64,000 nt of DNA. Origin: Trichoplax adhaerens. Lineage: Eukaryota > Animalia > Placozoa. A program made the translations under genes and the position numbers. The stretch is taken from positions 1,041,095-1,105,094 of the forward strand of contig NW_002060952.1 of assembly GCF_000150275.1 (NCBI RefSeq), written 5' to 3'. The notes beneath the pieces were generated by a model, which saw only the letters and a program-made list of their open reading frames with translations, did no database searches and had not been told where the DNA came from. Below, one piece after another: positions 60,233 through 64,000 of the stretch; the stretch's first letter is position 1, and each line of letters begins with the position of its first letter.

Positions 60233-63200
60233 TTAATTTCCCTTTGCTGCGTCTCTTGTAATTAGCTTATCAATCAAATCTTGCAGCGGCGCTAATTCTC
60301 GACGATCAACCAAACTGAATTCTTGTACGAAATAGACAAAATGCTTGAATGAAGTATTTAAATGTGCTTCTTCGCCAAGACCCATGATTTGATTAAAATG
60401 ATTGTAATATATATGAGCATACACTCGGAATAATCGCTTTAAAATAGTTTTGGCAACCATGATGAAATTCTTAGGAAAAGGAACTCCTACAAAATAAATG
60501 ATGTCATCGCTAATTAGATAAGTTAAATTATACAGTACAATATTGATGATTTACTTTATGCGCCATTATGATTTCATAAGTTCATGTTAAAGTTAATCTG
60601 TAACATTTTCAGTATATCAATTGCTATTAATGCTACTTTTGGGTTTTTGGGTTCAAAATGATTCGGTTGATACTATTTCAATTGATGTAAAGGAAGGGAC
60701 TTGATTGGTAATTAAAACGCAAAATACTAAATCGCAATTACGGAATCCTTATTCATATAACACTAACCAATTTTGGAAGGAAATATAACTTCATCATCCA
60801 TTTGCTCTTGTACCCAGGACATAAGGTAGTCAATGTAACGAGGAGCTGAACATTTGATTGGTTTTTTTATCTGTTGTCCGTCTGCCCAGTGATATTCATA
60901 TCTATTCAAATTGTAAAGTTGGTATTTCATTGAACAGCTAGCTAGTTTCTAGTGTCTCCAATTCGATTAGTCTTAGTTTCAGTAAAATTGATCATAAAGT
61001 GGCTCTTCAAACTGTAAGCTTCACTTAACGCTTGCTGCTGAATACTCACTTTGGCCCAGCTGACATTACTGGACAGGTAATTTCGGTGCAGAATTCGGTA
61101 ATTGTTCCGTAAAGCATGTTGATTTGATTAAAAAAGTCAACAGCTGCAATATGAAGAAGAATGAGAAGGGGATGAGGAACCTTCTTAGCGTAAGCGAAGG
61201 CTACTATGCAGTACTACACGTATTCACTAATGCTATAACACATCGTATAAGGGAATTATTTTAAATCATTACAAATACGTCGTATATTCTTTGAAATGGT
61301 ACTACAGTATAAGCGATTAGTGCGTCCATAGCTAGTGGCGATATATGTTTCAACATGCTTCGTAAAATTACCGAATGACAATAAATACTTAGATACGGCA
61401 TTAAATGTCAATTATTGATATCTAGTAAGAACGTCATCATGGAAAGCAGTAAAATTGCGGCAAAAATTCGATTTGATTACAAAGGCTAGATAGAAAGATT
61501 CTGCAAATAGTTAATGGTCAGGTATTTAATTTAAAATACTCACTATTTACAGCTACCCACTCGTTCAAATCTTCACCTTCCGGTAAAACCACGGCCAATC
61601 GAAGATTTCCACTGCCAAGGGTAGCAGCAGCATGCTTCATTAGGTCATGCTGATGAGTTCCTTCTGGAATATTTTTCTTGGGTTTGAATGTCTTGGTGGC
61701 TCTGCTATTGCTATTGAAGAAATCGAAGTACTTGTTATATGATGATTTACAAGGATTGACCTAAAATACATGTGTAATGTGATTTATTCACGTATACTGT
61801 ACTAGTCTGATCAGTAAATCCACATCAATTAAACTAAGACATTGAAAGTATGCAAGTGTCATGTTTTTATGTTTAAGCTGGTGGCGCAGTCAGGTGCATA
61901 ATAACATTGAAATATAGTGCAAGGAGTAAAGTCTACGTCTGTTCATCTTATGGTGATTTAAACATAGCTTCGATGACCAATTAGCGAGTGTTCCTCGGTA
62001 TATCAACTCGTGCTTTATGTAGAACCGAGCCAACCACAGTTTATACAGTAATTAGAATTAGTCAAAGGTTTTGGTGTTGGAATCTAGTCGTACATTCCAT
62101 CTAGTTATCAGGTAAGATACGCGTATACTGTACTCAGCACAGCTACAGCCATAGACTACTTCTTCTTTTAGTCGTCCGTGGTACAGCGGAATGATATCGG
62201 TAAATTGCTAAAACTGGCTGGGGTGTAAAGCCGTGTACGAGTTGTAAAATAATGATCTCATTTTAACTGTAAACTGAAATAATAATAAGACCAAGTATGA
62301 GTATCAAGTGCCATCTCTCAAAGTCATTCGTTGTTTCGTTTTACTCAATACAGTACCACTGCATAATCTTCCTGCTTTTACTGTCAAGACGGGCTTTGAT
62401 AATAGAATATATATATATATATAGACTTTTAGAAAAAATGGCATCAGAGTACTGAGGACAGAGTAACATTTACAGCTCATGCATTTTTCAGAAATGCGTG
62501 CACATCAACAACTATAGTCAGAATGATCGAAGACTAAGAAATTAATAGGGAATAATTCAGTTAATGACGTCTTTGCAGTACAGTACAACTATACCCATGG
62601 CAATGGATGATTTTTATCCCATGCCCTTTTATAACCGATGATTAGTCTGGTATGTTACGGTAATCGCTATCCCTGCTGTACTGTATGATTACGTTCGCGG
62701 CAGAGTGATGAAAATACAGTCAAACATTTGTAATTTGAATGCAAATAAAGTGGATTTGTAGCTATCAGCACTATACTACAGTACATGTTTTTTTGATTGG
62801 TTAATAAATTATTCATTGCTGAGTAGACTGATCATCAATTTGGGACCTTCTCGAATTGCTACTTTGTAATTCATTTTTGATTGAATGATCTACTATACAG
62901 TACAGTATATGCAGTGGTACAGAGCAAGACCGAGGTTCGCCATTTGGCATACTGCAGGGATCGCTACTGTAGGAGGGGACGGGTAGTCAAAATAAAGTTC
63001 AATTCAATAAAGCTATACATTGTACAATTGTTACACAATGTAGTAAAAGTCCAGTTAAGGTACATTATTTTCTTCCCTGTTGCAATTTTGTCCGATTTGG
63101 CTCTGGCTACTAGTACTAGATAATTTTGAAGCAAGTTATTGACAAGGACAGGTGTAAATGTTATTTCTATATCCACATACAGTACTGTACCATAACAAGG

Positions 63201-63636
63201 CTAAAGATAGATTGTAGTATCTTTCTATAGATGAATGCCATCAACCAAGACGAAAACAACTTTTAATGTTAAGACTGAACAATCAAGCGTTAGTCGCTAG
63301 ACCAATGTTTTGATGCTTTCATGCTTTCTTGCAACGAAAGGCATCTATGTAGAGATGAAAACATCACAAGTGCGATACCGTTTCTAACTATGTCATTGTA
63401 AGTGTATGGTAATCTATCAAAGATATTGAAAATTGAAAAAAATTGATGCAAGTTTATCCAAATTGTTTCAACAGCAGGAGTTGTAACCGGTACATGGTTG
63501 TTTAATTAAGTTTACGTCTGTGAACATTAGCTAGAGTTGAATGATATTGAGCCCATAACAAAATCCAAGTTCAACGCATGCACTATGTTAAGTATGATTA
63601 TAAATTACCGTCTTTTACTTACAATAAAAACGACAT
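60233..63636 (-). CDS. MOB1: MOB kinase activator 1 (Hippo/NDR-LATS cofactor), 5 exons, ~220 aa
   Basis: Exons (minus): 63623-63636 (MSFL-F), 61544-61710, 61050-61143, 60768-60901, 60233-60486. Motifs: [100 protein letters not shown]. Confidence 0.97.
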
Positions 63637-64000
63637 TATTGGCTTTTAATTGCAATGAAAAAAGTTCTTTTACGGATAATGATTGAGATGTTGGTGTTAG
63701 TCCGCTCAGTGCAAAATGATGTTGGAAAGCGTCGTTGAAGTTGGCGACGCCAAAGTGTCAAGCGTGTCAACTCTACTATACTGGGTGTCTACTCCACACT
63801 GGTATGCAGTACACAGGGGAATAATGGAGGTTGCACTTTCAACATAGAAACACACGTCAAGAGTCCTTTACACTAACAAATGGACTGCATTAACTCACTA
63901 CCAATGACTAATCGATTGCAATGAATCAATCACAAGTAATGGAAGCAACGAAGGCAATAAAGTACTAGATTGCTAGAAAGAATGATGCAGAGCTGGCAGA

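Overview
AT-rich, intron-dense eukaryotic (animal) genomic DNA. The compact gene structure, short introns and a PaxB-type gene point to an early-branching metazoan, most likely a placozoan such as Trichoplax (inference, not verified). Seven complete spliced protein-coding genes were reconstructed by hand with consistent splice phases: an SLC6 amino-acid/neurotransmitter:Na+ symporter (-), MELK kinase (+), PaxB (paired + octapeptide + homeodomain, +), ATAD1/Msp1 (+), POLR3D/RPC4 (-), S-adenosylmethionine synthetase MAT (+) and MOB1 (-). Non-coding highlights: self-complementary TACAG/CTGTA pentamer arrays sitting just upstream of the housekeeping genes; a long MAT intron 2 whose 3' end resembles the METTL16/m6A splice-site feedback switch of nematode SAM synthetases; a perfect 62-bp palindrome; a compound degenerate tandem repeat; a GC-AG intron; a predicted 7-nt micro-exon; and MELK-PaxB adjacency that mirrors human MELK-PAX5. 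No rRNA, tRNA, CRISPR array or autonomous transposon was recognised.
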